A DNA stretch of 64,000 nt from Candidatus Latescibacterota bacterium (GCA_965198115.1 OZ240241.1:5440001-5504000), one strand, 5' to 3'. Numbered from the stretch's first letter, positions 31,709 to 42,021 are shown. Made by a program: numbers and translations. The notes: generated by a model from the letters alone, not told the origin.

Positions 31709-33181
31709 TCAAATTTCTTCAAACGGATACATAGGCCGACGCCGGTAGACGTAATCGAACGTCCGCATATCCGCGGCCGTCGCTCCCGACGTGTTCACTC
31801 GAATCAGCTTCGTGCACACGGGCTCATAGGCCGCCACCGGTGCGTGAACGCCCTTCGCCACGAGGATCTGAAAATCGGCGGGATCCAGCCCGATGCTCGT
31901 CACCACACCGAGGCTCACCGGCACGGTACGTCGTAATGTCAGACTGATCGTCAACCCCGTATCTGTCACCACAACGGCTGTAGGCCCCATATCGAAATGC
32001 GTGTAACCGCCGTGACGGATCTCGGTCTCCTCGAACGTTCCCTCGTGCAAGCTCTTCACCGTCACTTCCGTCTCCAGCGGCTCCCCGTGTCGATCGTCCG
32101 TTTTTCCACCCATCACGAGTGTCAATCGCGCACCCACACCGGCCGCTCTCGCCTGGTCCTGCGATTCTCGATCGAACAGACAGACGTGACCTGTCGTGTC
32201 CGCCCGTCGATGGATCTCGTGGGCAATCAGCGTGCTATCCCCCGCTGACCCGCCTCCCACGTTGTCTCCCATATCGAGCAAGCAGACCGGACCTTCCGCT
32301 CCCACGGCCTCCTCGACCGTTTCAGCCACCGTCTTGTACTCCCCGACGAATTCTTCCCGGTGCTCGAGCATGTAAGCCGTCAATTCATCGGCCAACCGCT
32401 GGGCGAGCGCCGGATCGTCGTCCGTCACGACAATCGCCGACGACCCCATCTCCTCCACATCCGCATACGGAAAGCCGAGGACGATACTGTTGGACAATAC
32501 CTCAGGACGCTCCAATTGCCCATCTGCGAGATCGTAGAGCGGCAAACACGGCCGATAGGATGTTCCCTGCCGTTCGATGTTGATCCCGAAGGGGGGGAAG
32601 GATGCCCGATGGACCGGTCTGATTTCGCCTCGCAGAGTTCGAGCTATCAGATCGACGGCTTCGTGACCTCGCTCTTTCTGATCGAGATGCGGGTTCGATC
32701 GGTAGGCAATCGTCGCATCGCACGATTCGACCATGCGTTCCGACAGATTCGCGTGTGGATCGATGACGCAGATGACCGGCACGTCGGATCCCACGCTCTC
32801 CCGCAGTTTCGCCAACCAGAATCCATCCAGATCGCGATACGCTTCACCTTCACCCGCATTGGCGCCGTGCGGCGAAACCAGATACCCGTCGAGAGGCCCC
32901 GCCTGAGCGAGCGCGTCGAACATCATTTCAACCAACGCTTCACACGTTTCCTTCGTGATCGTCCCCGACGGAGCGGTCGACGCGTGGAAAATCGGAACCG
33001 CATCGACATCAGCCTCCGAGAGCCCTTCCAGGAACCCCGTAATCTGATGAAGCCCACCCTCGAACGCGTCACGTACAGCCTCTCCGACGAACAGATTATC
33101 TCGCCTAAACGCCTCGATCGTCGTCGGCGTCACCGCAAACGTATTCGACTCGTGAATCAGGGAAATGATTCCAACGCGCAT
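31709..33181 (-). CDS. M81 family metallopeptidase (MlrC-like)
   Basis: HESNTF, HGA, DPHANLS, YRSNPHLD, GFPYADV, DMGDNVGGG, VAKGVH. Confidence 0.92.
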   Translation of the reverse strand: MRVGIISLIHESNTFAVTPTTIEAFRRDNLFVGEAVRDAFEGGLHQITGFLEGLSEADVDAVPIFHASTAPSGTITKETCEALVEMMFDALAQAGPLDGYLVSPHGANAGEGEAYRDLDGFWLAKLRESVGSDVPVICVIDPHANLSERMVESCDATIAYRSNPHLDQKERGHEAVDLIARTLRGEIRPVHRASFPPFGINIERQGTSYRPCLPLYDLADGQLERPEVLSNSIVLGFPYADVEEMGSSAIVVTDDDPALAQRLADELTAYMLEHREEFVGEYKTVAETVEEAVGAEGPVCLLDMGDNVGGGSAGDSTLIAHEIHRRADTTGHVCLFDRESQDQARAAGVGARLTLVMGGKTDDRHGEPLETEVTVKSLHEGTFEETEIRHGGYTHFDMGPTAVVVTDTGLTISLTLRRTVPVSLGVVTSIGLDPADFQILVAKGVHAPVAAYEPVCTKLIRVNTSGATAADMRTFDYVYRRRPMYPFEEI

Positions 33182-33331
33182 AGAACTCTACACCAAGAAA
33201 TCGGGTCCTCGTGCTGCACCACCATCAGGTTTGGCAGTTGCGCTATACAAAGCGTCCCTGTGCACAGCACAGGGACGAGCTTTACGCGTTAGCAAATGGG
33301 TGGGACAGGACGGCAGTTCAATACTCGATTC

Positions 33332-34507
33332 TCAATCTTCGATTCTCAATTCCTCAACCGCTTTCCCCACCGCCTCCACCAGCCCGTCAATATGGCGCTC
33401 TTCCGTCGGCAGACAGATCGCGTTCATCGACATACCCTGTGACAGATAATATCCCTGCGTGACGAGCGACAGAAACACGGCTTTCGCCATTTCCTTGTCC
33501 GCCCGAGCCATATCGCGATAGGTACGCACCTGCTCCACCCCGAAGTGGATGCTGAACACGGACCCGGTGACGACGACGTGCGCGGTCACGTCCATTTTCT
33601 CGAACAGCGCATCCAGACCCTTCTTGAGCCGGATGCCCAGACCGTTCATGTGAACGTGTGCGTCGTCCGTCAGCTGCTCCATCGTCGCGAGTCCCGCCGC
33701 CATCGCAACCGCGTGCGAGCTGTGCGTACCGCTTTGGAAGACCGTCGCGGAACCTTTGGAGTTGTCCAGCTGATCCATCAGGTCCGCCCGCCCCCCGAAG
33801 GCGCCGACCGGAAACCCCCCACCGACGATCTTTCCGTAGCACGACAGATCCGGCTCGACACACGCAAGCTCGTCCCGGTGACGCGAAAGAAGGCGCTCGA
33901 TACTCTCCTCGTCGTCGTATGGCAGAACCACGACGTCTTCGTGGGCACGTGGGGCCATCCCACCGGCCGTCGGCACGGCATTAGGCTCATCGGCTTCGCC
34001 CGCGTCGTCGAGCGAGGGCGACGTGCTGACTTCGACCGCGTCGTGGCTCCCGTGATAGCCCCCCTCGAACTTGGCGATCTTCGGCTTGCCCGTGAACTGA
34101 CGCGCCAGCCTGATCGCGTGCAACGTCGCTTCCGTCCTCGAGTTGACGAAACGTACCCGCTCCACGGATTTAACGCGGTCGCACATATGCTGCGCCATCC
34201 GCGTCTCGATCCCCGTAGGACCGCCCAGCGCGATCCCCTCGCTCAACTGCGACCGGACCGCAATCACCACGGCCGGATGGTTGTGTCCCAGAACCTGAGC
34301 CGTGTGGTGGTTGCAGAAGTCGATATACGTCCGACCATCCACGTCGTCCAATTCGCAGCCCGAACCGCGGCGCCACGTTATTGGGTAGGGAGGGTAGAAA
34401 TACGCACCCTTCGACGCGCCCGCGTTGACTTCCCGTCCCTCCTCGAACAACTCCCGCGACGCTGGAGTCAGCTCCTGATACCGCGCTTCGATTGCCTTGA
34501 GCCCCAT
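33332..34507 (-). pseudogene. Class III (GSA-like) aminotransferase with internal in-frame deletion
   Basis: DVDG..YID, LGHNHP, NSRTEA, FEGGYHG, GKIVGGGFPVGAFGG; the LIFDEV segment is missing. Confidence 0.8.
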
Positions 34508-34563
34508 ATCCTCACCTCGGCCAATGCAGCGACCTTCTTTGGTCACTGGTCAATGGTCACCGG

Positions 34564-35307
34564 TCAATTCAATTTCAAAATTCGCTTGGCGTTTTCCCCA
34601 AGCACGAGGCGCTTCTCATCGTCACTGATGTCCGCCGTGATGATTTTCCCCAACTGAGAACGCGGGTCCATCAGCGGGATATCCGACCCGAACAACACGC
34701 GATCGGCGCCCGCCTCGTTTACCAGACGCTCGATCACACCCGGTTCCCTGAACGTCGAACACGTCTCGAGATAGACATTCGGGTTCGCCTGTGCCGCTTC
34801 GATCGACTGGGTCCGGTAGGGTTCCGAATTTCCCGAATGCCCGATCACGAATTGCACGTTCGGGAAGCGGGGTGCGATCTCCCCAACCTGCACTGGCTGA
34901 CACGTTGCTTCCTGACCCGTATGCGTGATCAGCGCCAGCCCGCGTTCATTCGCGAACGCATAGATCGGATCCCAGACCGATTCCGTCAGCAGCCACCGCG
35001 AATACGGCGGATAGATCTTGATGGCGGGGAACCCCAGCTCATCGATCGCCCGTTCGAGCTCGGGAACCATCCGCTCCGGCATCAGCGGCGAAACATACGC
35101 AAAGCCGATGAACCGATCCGGGTTCTTGGCCACGAAGTCAGCCGTCTCGTCATTGCCCGTCGTCCCGTCCGGATGGAAGATATTGAACAGACAGCTCTTG
35201 TCGATCCCCATCGCGTGGAGGAAGGCAGCCGGGTCGTCGTCCATCTCGTAGATGTCCCAACGTCCCGTGTGCCCGTGAAAATCAATGATTTCTTGCCCGT
35301 CAATCAT
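34564..35307 (-). CDS. Amidohydrolase_2 family protein
   Basis: IIDFHGH, IKIYP, THTG, IGHSG, VLFGSDIP, LGENAKRIL. Confidence 0.88.
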   Translation of the reverse strand: MIDGQEIIDFHGHTGRWDIYEMDDDPAAFLHAMGIDKSCLFNIFHPDGTTGNDETADFVAKNPDRFIGFAYVSPLMPERMVPELERAIDELGFPAIKIYPPYSRWLLTESVWDPIYAFANERGLALITHTGQEATCQPVQVGEIAPRFPNVQFVIGHSGNSEPYRTQSIEAAQANPNVYLETCSTFREPGVIERLVNEAGADRVLFGSDIPLMDPRSQLGKIITADISDDEKRLVLGENAKRILKLN

Positions 35308-35462
35308 CTTCGCACCGATGGATCAAGATGGCTGTCATACTGCGTCGTCAGTTCGAGCGGAGTCGAGAACTCGGCCATCGTTTCAGGTTCGAGCCGAATC
35401 TGTTTTCGTGTGCGGTCCATCAGGTAGCCGCGTAAGTGACGTATCGAGAGTGGCCCCACGCT

Positions 35463-36215
35463 TTATGCCTTCTCAAGTATCCGTTCCAGATTCCCCGCAC
35501 AAATCGCCGCCAAATCCTTCTCGTCAATGGACAACTGATTCAGCATATACAGCATCGGACCCATCGCATACCGCGGGAAGTAGGTTCCATAGATCAGACG
35601 TTCTGCTCCGATCTCATCGACGAGCCGCTCGATTCCTCTGAGGTTTTCGTATCGACTCAGCTCGAGCACCGCGTGTGGGAGGACTCGCAGCATCGGGCGC
35701 AGCACCAGGCTGTGCGAGTAATGCCCGCCGACGAGGACGAGGCGAAGGTTGGGATAATGTTGGAGCGTCTCGACGACCTCGGTCGATGGGGTATCCGCCA
35801 GCGACATCCACAGTGGAATACCTTGATCCACAAGCCAGGAAAGAGCATCACCGTAGACCCACTGGACGAACGGCAGCCGTGACATCTCGGTACTGTGGAA
35901 TCGAACGCTCGACACGAGACCGGCGGCGTGCAGTTCCTCGATATGGCGAAGCGAGTCTGCATCGGGTCCGATCACCTGCTGGGGGACGAGGCCGCTATTC
36001 CCTTCAGTCCACCGCGCCACCGACTCGTTTCCGCGAATCGCGCTGACCAGCTCACCCTCACACGCATACACCACCGCCCGATCGACCCCGTGACGGTTCA
36101 TCTCGGCCAGAAGCTGCTCGGGTCCGTCGTACGGGTAGGCCCGATCCTTACGATGGCCGACCCCGATGTTCGCGTCGAAAGTCGGCACGCGGGATTTGAA
36201 GCTCAAACCTGACAT
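35463..36215 (-). CDS. Amidohydrolase_2-like protein (metal ligands partly degenerate)
   Basis: FDANIGVG, EMNRHGVDRAVV, GAERLIYGT, GNLERIL. Confidence 0.75.
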   Translation of the reverse strand: MSGLSFKSRVPTFDANIGVGHRKDRAYPYDGPEQLLAEMNRHGVDRAVVYACEGELVSAIRGNESVARWTEGNSGLVPQQVIGPDADSLRHIEELHAAGLVSSVRFHSTEMSRLPFVQWVYGDALSWLVDQGIPLWMSLADTPSTEVVETLQHYPNLRLVLVGGHYSHSLVLRPMLRVLPHAVLELSRYENLRGIERLVDEIGAERLIYGTYFPRYAMGPMLYMLNQLSIDEKDLAAICAGNLERILEKA

Positions 36216-36278
36216 AGGCCACAAGATCGCTTTCAATCAAGCCAACGTCCAATAAAGTTTCATTGGCGCGAGCAACAG

Positions 36279-36312
36279 AAAAAGGCCGCCAGAACAAGTC
36301 ATTCTGACGGCC
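36279..36312 (-). terminator. Intrinsic terminator
   Basis: GGCCGTCAGAA...TTCTGGCGGCC followed by TTTTT on the minus strand. Confidence 0.6.
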
Positions 36313-36335
36313 CTCTGCGTTTCGGACAGTGTCTG

Positions 36336-36655
36336 CTAATTCCCAACGTGGTCCCTTGGTCGAAGGTAGTTCCCCTGGCCCAAAGAATTCAGAACGTGAT
36401 ACTCCCACGTGTCCCAGATAGCCCAATCAGGATCGCCCCGGTATCGCGGGTCTGATTCGTGGACGATCTGGTAATTGTAATGGTCGTTCCCGCTGTATCC
36501 CGAACACCGAATGTGATTCTGGATCCAACCGGAGTCCAGAAACGGATCGTTATCGAACTGGCCGCGATAGTTAATCACATAGTCGCAGATGTCAAGCGTG
36601 GCCGCATCGAGCTCTTCGATGGATCCGACAGTGCCCTGAATGCGACCATCACCTA
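36336..36655 (-). pseudogene. C-terminal part of a hypothetical protein cut by IS630
   Basis: Frame open from the CTAG junction: LGDGRIQGTV...CDYVINYRGQF...DPRYRGDPDWAIWDTWEYH. Confidence 0.55.
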
Positions 36656-37494
36656 GTGTCTCGTCTCAGGAATAACTAGAAAAATTCGTGATACAGTCGT
36701 AAGGTTCCTCAGGCACTCATTGTGAGGAGGAACCGATGGCAAGAGGTCGTCCGTTACAACCACTGAACATCAGTGATGAAGTCCGCGATCAACTCCAGTC
36801 GTTGTCCGGTTCGCGCAGCATGCCTCACGCTCTGGTGCGTCGGGCGAAGATCGTCCTGCTGAGCGATGGTGGTCTGACCAATCAGGAGATCGCCGAACGA
36901 GTCGGGTTGTCCGGAGCGTCCGTTGGCAAATGGCGCCGTCGCTTCTGCGAGCAAGGCTTGATGGGACTGTATGACGAGTTACGTCCTGGTGGTCCGCGGT
37001 CCGTTAGCGACGAAGAGATCTCCTCACTCATCTACAAGACGCTCAAGAAGAAGCCGAAGAGTGCCACCCACTGGACCTGTCGAGCGATGGCCGATGAGAC
37101 GGGCCTCTCAAAGTCCACAGTGCAACGTGTATGGAGAGCCTTTGGACTGCAGCCGCATCGTCAGAAGCACTTCAAGCTGTCGAACGATCCCTTCTTCGTC
37201 GAGACAGTCAGGGATATCGTCGGTTTATACCTGAACCCGCCGGACAACGCAATGGTGCTCTGCATAGACGAGAAGAGCCAGATTCAAGCACTCGAACGGA
37301 CGCAACCGATTCTCCCTTTGGGCCTCGGGTATGTCGAGGGCGTCACTCACAGCTATACACGGCACGGCACGACTACCCTCTTTGCGGCGCTCAACATCGC
37401 ATCAGGAAAAGTCCTGACTCAGTGCAAGCCCAGACATCGCAACAGAGAGTTCCTTCAGTTCCTCAAGCACATTGACAAAAACGTCCCAAAGGAT
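36656..37494 (+). mobile_element. IS630-family element, 3'-truncated (transposase 36736 to about 37494)
   Basis: Follows TA in CTAG; RRAKIVLL, ATHWT, FKLSNDP, IVGLYLNPP, DEKSQIQAL, YTRHGTTTLFAAL; stops before the DN motif. Confidence 0.9.
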
Positions 37495-38868
37495 GAGCTA
37501 TAATCAAAAGGTGTGGAAAAAGAGAAAGGGCGACCCTACCCTTCCCGTGAGATAGTTGATTCACACAAAACCGGGTGAGAGGCCCGGTTGGGAAGGAGGA
37601 TCGCCGTGAAGGAACATACGCATAGAGCCCCATTGAAGTCCATGCCGACGTGGGAGACGGTTGACGATTGGATCCGTGAAGAGATCCAAGGCCGGTTCCA
37701 GTCCATTCTGGAGGAGGAGGCGACCGCGTTCTTGGGCCGGTCGTGGTATGAGCGCCGAGCCGAGGTCGATAGCTCCACGGGCTACAGGAACGGCTACGGC
37801 AAGCCCCGGCGTCTCTCGACGAGCTGCGGAACGATCAAGGTCCGGCGTCCCCGGGTTCGTGGTCTGGAAGAGCGGTTTGAAAGCCGCATCCTCCCCCTGT
37901 TCGCCCGGAGAACCAGGGCCATTGGAGATCTGCTTCCCGACCTTTATCTCCACGGTCTCTCCCAGGGCGACTTCGAGTTGTCTTTGCGTGCGCTGCTCGG
38001 TGATGGCGCGCCGCTTTCGCCGACCTCGATCGCTCGTCTTCGAGGGAAGTGGGAGGTCGACTTCCAGGACTGGAAAGAAAGGCGTCTGGATAATCGCGAA
38101 CTGGTCTACGCCTGGGCTGATGGCATCTACGTCAAAGCCGGGCTCGAGCGCGAGAAGGCGTGTCTGCTGGTCGTGATCGGCGCGATGAGCGACGGCAGCA
38201 AGGAGATCCTGGCGATAGAACCCGGTTATCGAGAGTCTACAGAATCCTGGCTCACGGTGCTACGGGATCTCCGGGATCGCGGGCTCGAACATCCTGTCCT
38301 GATCGCCGCGGACGGGAATATGGGCATCTGGGCGGCCGTTGATCAGGTCTGGCCAGAGAGCCGGCAACAACGGTGCTGGAACCACAAGATCCTCAACGTG
38401 CTCGACAAGGTCGCCAAGCGTGCACAGGCTGAAGCCCGCGCACTGCTCGTCCAGATCCCCTATGCCGGCACGAAAAAGGAGGCCGAGAAGCTCCGGAAAC
38501 GCTTTGCCGCACGGTATCGCTCACAGTTCCCTGCCGCCGTGGAGACGCTCGAAAGAGACTGGGATCGGATGGTCACGTTCTACGACTTCCCGAAGGAACA
38601 CTGGAAACACCTGAGAACCACGAACGTCGTCGAGAGCCCCTTTGCTTCCGTTCGGCTTCGCACAAACGCCGCCAGGCGATTCAAGAAAGTCAGGAACGCC
38701 ACGGCTCTCATCTGGCGTACGCTCAAGGTCGCAGAGAGCCGATTCAGGAAACTCACCGCGCCACACTTGCTACAACAAGTCTACGATCAGAAACACTCAA
38801 CCGGACCGCAGGTCGAAACCGGGAAGATGGCCGCCTGATTTCTTTTACACACCTATTGACCTGAGCTC
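37495..38868 (+). mobile_element. IS256-family insertion sequence
   Basis: IRs GAGCTATAATCAAAAGGTGTGG / ACACACCTATTGACCTGAGCTC; no TSD (CAAAGGAT vs CAACTAAA). Confidence 0.85.
37588..38838 (+). CDS. IS256-family transposase
   Basis: GYRNGY, RRPRVR, LYLHGLS.GDF, WADGIY, QQRCWNHK, LRTTNVVES. Confidence 0.94.
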   Translation: MGRRIAVKEHTHRAPLKSMPTWETVDDWIREEIQGRFQSILEEEATAFLGRSWYERRAEVDSSTGYRNGYGKPRRLSTSCGTIKVRRPRVRGLEERFESRILPLFARRTRAIGDLLPDLYLHGLSQGDFELSLRALLGDGAPLSPTSIARLRGKWEVDFQDWKERRLDNRELVYAWADGIYVKAGLEREKACLLVVIGAMSDGSKEILAIEPGYRESTESWLTVLRDLRDRGLEHPVLIAADGNMGIWAAVDQVWPESRQQRCWNHKILNVLDKVAKRAQAEARALLVQIPYAGTKKEAEKLRKRFAARYRSQFPAAVETLERDWDRMVTFYDFPKEHWKHLRTTNVVESPFASVRLRTNAARRFKKVRNATALIWRTLKVAESRFRKLTAPHLLQQVYDQKHSTGPQVETGKMAA

Positions 38869-39358
38869 CAACTAAAATGAGTGCGCCTGACTCCAACAGT
38901 GTGTCAAATCAGCTTCCCCCAAACACAGTCGCGAACCGGAGAAAGTCCGCGAAATCGACCCGACCGCTTTCATCCAGATCGAACAGCTCCTCTGTGGAAC
39001 CGAATGCGGGCGCAAAAAGGAGGAAATCATTGAAGTCGACGCCCCCGCTTGCGTCGAAATCTCCGGTTCTCGGTTCTTCTATCGAGCCCACCAATGACAG
39101 GACCATTTCGATCGTGCGGTCGATCTGAGGTCGACTCCTCGGACTCTCGAACCGCAGGATCCCCTCGGGATCCACCACCCACAGTCCATCGACCGCCCCC
39201 TTCGAAAGCACACCCAGGGCGTCAGACGCTCTCATCAACAGCGGGAAACTGACTTGCGTCACCTGCTGGTAGAGCCTCAGCTGTGTCGCACTCCCATTCC
39301 ACACGTCCATACCCAACACCTGGATCTTCCGGGAGTCGATGGCGTTCCAGATCTGCGA

Positions 39359-39391
39359 TTCTACGGACGGACCCGTCCCGAAGCAGAGGTG
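39359..39391 (-). promoter_or_regulatory. Bacterial SECIS element
   Basis: UGA CAC CUC UGC UUC GGG ACG GGU CCG UCC GUA GAA: GGACG/CGUCC upper stem, GGUC loop, UCUGC/GUAGA lower stem. Confidence 0.75.
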
Positions 39392-39474
39392 TCAGTCGTA
39401 GCCCATCAAGTAGAGAACCAGAACTTTGCCCCTGAACTCAGACGGCGTGTAGATCTCGCCATCGAGGGCCCTTA

Positions 39475-40768
39475 GGGTTTGCCACGAAATAAGTGCTGCA
39501 CTTTTCAAGGTAATGATCTTACGCTCGGAGTGTGGACGTCGAAACTCTCCGAACGAAGTATGAAGCCTTGGCTCCGGTGCTGACGGAACGCACGCGTCGT
39601 CTGTGGGCCGCCACGGAAGCCGAAGCGTTGGGTCACGGTGGGATCGCGATTGTGGCTCTGGCGACAGGAATGTCCAGAGAGCGGATCTTTCGTGGCATTC
39701 AGGAGTTGAGGTCGGACGAACCTTTGGACCCGGCTCGCATCCGGCGTCCAGGCGGCGGTCGTAAGCGGAAGGCCGACACGGACCCGACGCTGTGGCAGGA
39801 CCTGAATGATCTGGTCGAGCCAACGACTGCGGGGTCGCCTGACGACAATCCTCTGAGATGGACATCGAAGAGCACTCGCAAACTGGCCGCCGAGTTGCAA
39901 GCGATGGGGCATTCGGTGAGCCCCAGGATCGTTGCCAATCTCCTGCACGAACACGATTACACGCTGCAGGCGAATCGGAAGACAAGGGAGGGATCTGCAC
40001 ACCCGGATCGGGACGCTCAGTTCGTTTACCTCGATGATCGGATTAGCCAGCAGCAGCAGCAGGGCCTTCCCGTTATCTCGGTGGACACCAAGAAGAAAGA
40101 GTTGATCGGCGACTTCAAGAATCCTGGCCGAGAATGGCGACCCAAGGGAGACCCGGAGCGTGTGAAGGTACACGATTTCATAGTGCCTGCTCAGGGCAAG
40201 GCGATCCCTTATGGAGTGTATGATCTGAGCCGTGATGAAGGCTGGGTAAGTGTCGGTATCGATCACGACACGGCCAGCTTCGCCGTGAATGCGATCCGAA
40301 GTTGGTGGAAGAACATGGGACGGCCCGCCTACGGCACTTCGACGCATCTGCTAATCACGGCGGACGCAGGCGGCAGCAACGGCGCCAAGACGCGGCTGTG
40401 GAAGTGGGAGCTGCAGCGCTTTGCGAATCGCACTGGCCTGACGATCACCGTATGCCACTACCCTCCTGGCACTAGTAAGTGGAACAAGATCGAACATCGC
40501 CTGTTCTCCTTCATCGCTATGAACTGGCGAGGCAAGCCCCTGGTCAGCCTGGCTGCAACCGTGAATCTCATTGCCGGAACGACCACTCAAGCCGGTCTCC
40601 GAGTACGCTCCGAGATCGACAAGCGACCCTACCCTAACGGGGTCAAGGTGACCGATGAACAGATGACCCAAATCGATCTCACTCCGCACGATTTCCACGG
40701 CGACTGGAACTACACGATCCGGCCAATGGCTCAACATTGAGATCGACCGTTTATTTATTCGCGAACCC
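39475..40768 (+). mobile_element. ISAzo13-family insertion sequence
   Basis: IRs GGGTTTGCCACGAAATAA / TTATTTATTCGCGAACCC; 3-bp TSD TTA at 39472-39474 and 40769-40771. Confidence 0.92.
39532..40740 (+). CDS. ISAzo13-family transposase
   Basis: RRPGGGRK, LRWTSKS, HPDRDAQF, ISVDTKKKE, ADAGGSN, PPGTSKWNKIEHRLFS, FHGDWNY. Confidence 0.95.
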   Translation: MDVETLRTKYEALAPVLTERTRRLWAATEAEALGHGGIAIVALATGMSRERIFRGIQELRSDEPLDPARIRRPGGGRKRKADTDPTLWQDLNDLVEPTTAGSPDDNPLRWTSKSTRKLAAELQAMGHSVSPRIVANLLHEHDYTLQANRKTREGSAHPDRDAQFVYLDDRISQQQQQGLPVISVDTKKKELIGDFKNPGREWRPKGDPERVKVHDFIVPAQGKAIPYGVYDLSRDEGWVSVGIDHDTASFAVNAIRSWWKNMGRPAYGTSTHLLITADAGGSNGAKTRLWKWELQRFANRTGLTITVCHYPPGTSKWNKIEHRLFSFIAMNWRGKPLVSLAATVNLIAGTTTQAGLRVRSEIDKRPYPNGVKVTDEQMTQIDLTPHDFHGDWNYTIRPMAQH

Positions 40769-41001
40769 TTAGTGCAAACTGAGGCACCGGCTCTCCGACA
40801 TCGGCAGCAATCGGGGTCGACAACAGGACAGCAACGAGCAGACTGCTCAAAAAACGTCGACTGCACAGCTTCATAGGCCATCATCCATTCCCCCGGCATT
40901 CATGGGAACGGTAGAAGAATACGCCTCGTGGTTGGAGATATCAACTCGGCAGGCCACAAGGGCGAAGCCGTCGTCCGCCCACCGCCGACAGCCGATCGGC
41001 T

Positions 41002-42005
41002 TCACCGCCATACGTAGTCCGGTTCCCCTTCATCAAAACGCTGCGCCGAAGCCATCATCGCTGCCAGGTCGCCCTTCGGCCGGTAGCCGATCAACGATTT
41101 AGCCTTCCCGATGGCGTGGTCGTAAATGGATCGGACCGGCAATCTGATCTCCAACGGATCCATTTGTTTGATCTCGCCAAGCAGTCCGGCGCCCTCCGTA
41201 AACGAAAGGGCGCAGGCGCACCGCCGTTGAACGCTTCCCCCAGAGCGGCGTTTGACTCGACCGCGCAAACGAGGCAATGCGCGATGTCCCGGGCGTCGTT
41301 CGGCTGATACATCCACGGTCTGCCGTCCAGATCGGTGACCGCACACGGCTGATCCGGGCCTGACGCGGCTTCTTCCACCTGATGCCACAACTCGGTCCCA
41401 TCCGCCATATAGAGCTCGGTCCCCGGTCGTTGTCCGCGCTGCAGCAGTGACACGACGCGGGCAACCGTGAACTGTCCGTAGATCTTCGTCTCCGACAGAA
41501 CGTGACTCGGCCGCACGATCGAGATCCTGAGCCCCGTTTCTCGCGCCGTCCGCTCCGCCAGCAACTCGCCGATGTACTTCGAAAGAGAATATTCGTTGTC
41601 CGGACGCTTCGGATGAAGCTCGTCCACCGGATGGTAGGCGCAGGCGATATTCTCGCCGTTGTTGGGATAAACACCGGACGACGAAACGTAGACGTAGCGG
41701 TCCAGCTTGTCCGCGAACTCGCCGCACGCACGCGCCACCTGCAAATTGGTCGTGACGTTGTTTTCAAAATGCGGTCCCACGAGATTGGCCGTATGAATAA
41801 CCGCATCGACGCCGTCGACCGCTTCCGTCACGAAGTCGAGATCGGTCAAATCACCTTCACGACGCTCGATATCCAGACCCGCGATACGATCCGCGGCCGG
41901 GTCATCGGGCAACAGCGTCCCGCGAATCTCGTTGTTCCCGACCAACAGCTGGCGCACCAGCCGGCATCCGACCTGACCCGCGACACCCGTGATCAGAATC
42001 TTCAT
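41002..42005 (-). pseudogene. NAD-dependent epimerase/dehydratase (extended SDR), frameshift near 41205
   Basis: KILITGVAGQVG, YVSSSGVY, YSLSK; C-terminus (KAKSLIGYRP) in another frame. Confidence 0.82.
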
Positions 42006-42021
42006 CGTTGCCTCTCCTTCG

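Larger units (their letters stand above)
38909..40874 (-). pseudogene. Secreted thioredoxin-fold (AhpC/TSA-redoxin) selenoprotein with C-terminal EF-hand/dockerin-like domain, interrupted by ISAzo13
   Basis: Reconstructed 222 aa: signal peptide, VGEPVPQFAL|RALDGEIYTPSEFRGKVLVL, GYD-U-HL-C (TGA 39392-39394), SFPLL, VVDPEG; tail GDFDASGGVDFNDFLLF...DLDESGRVDFADFLRF. Confidence 0.82.
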
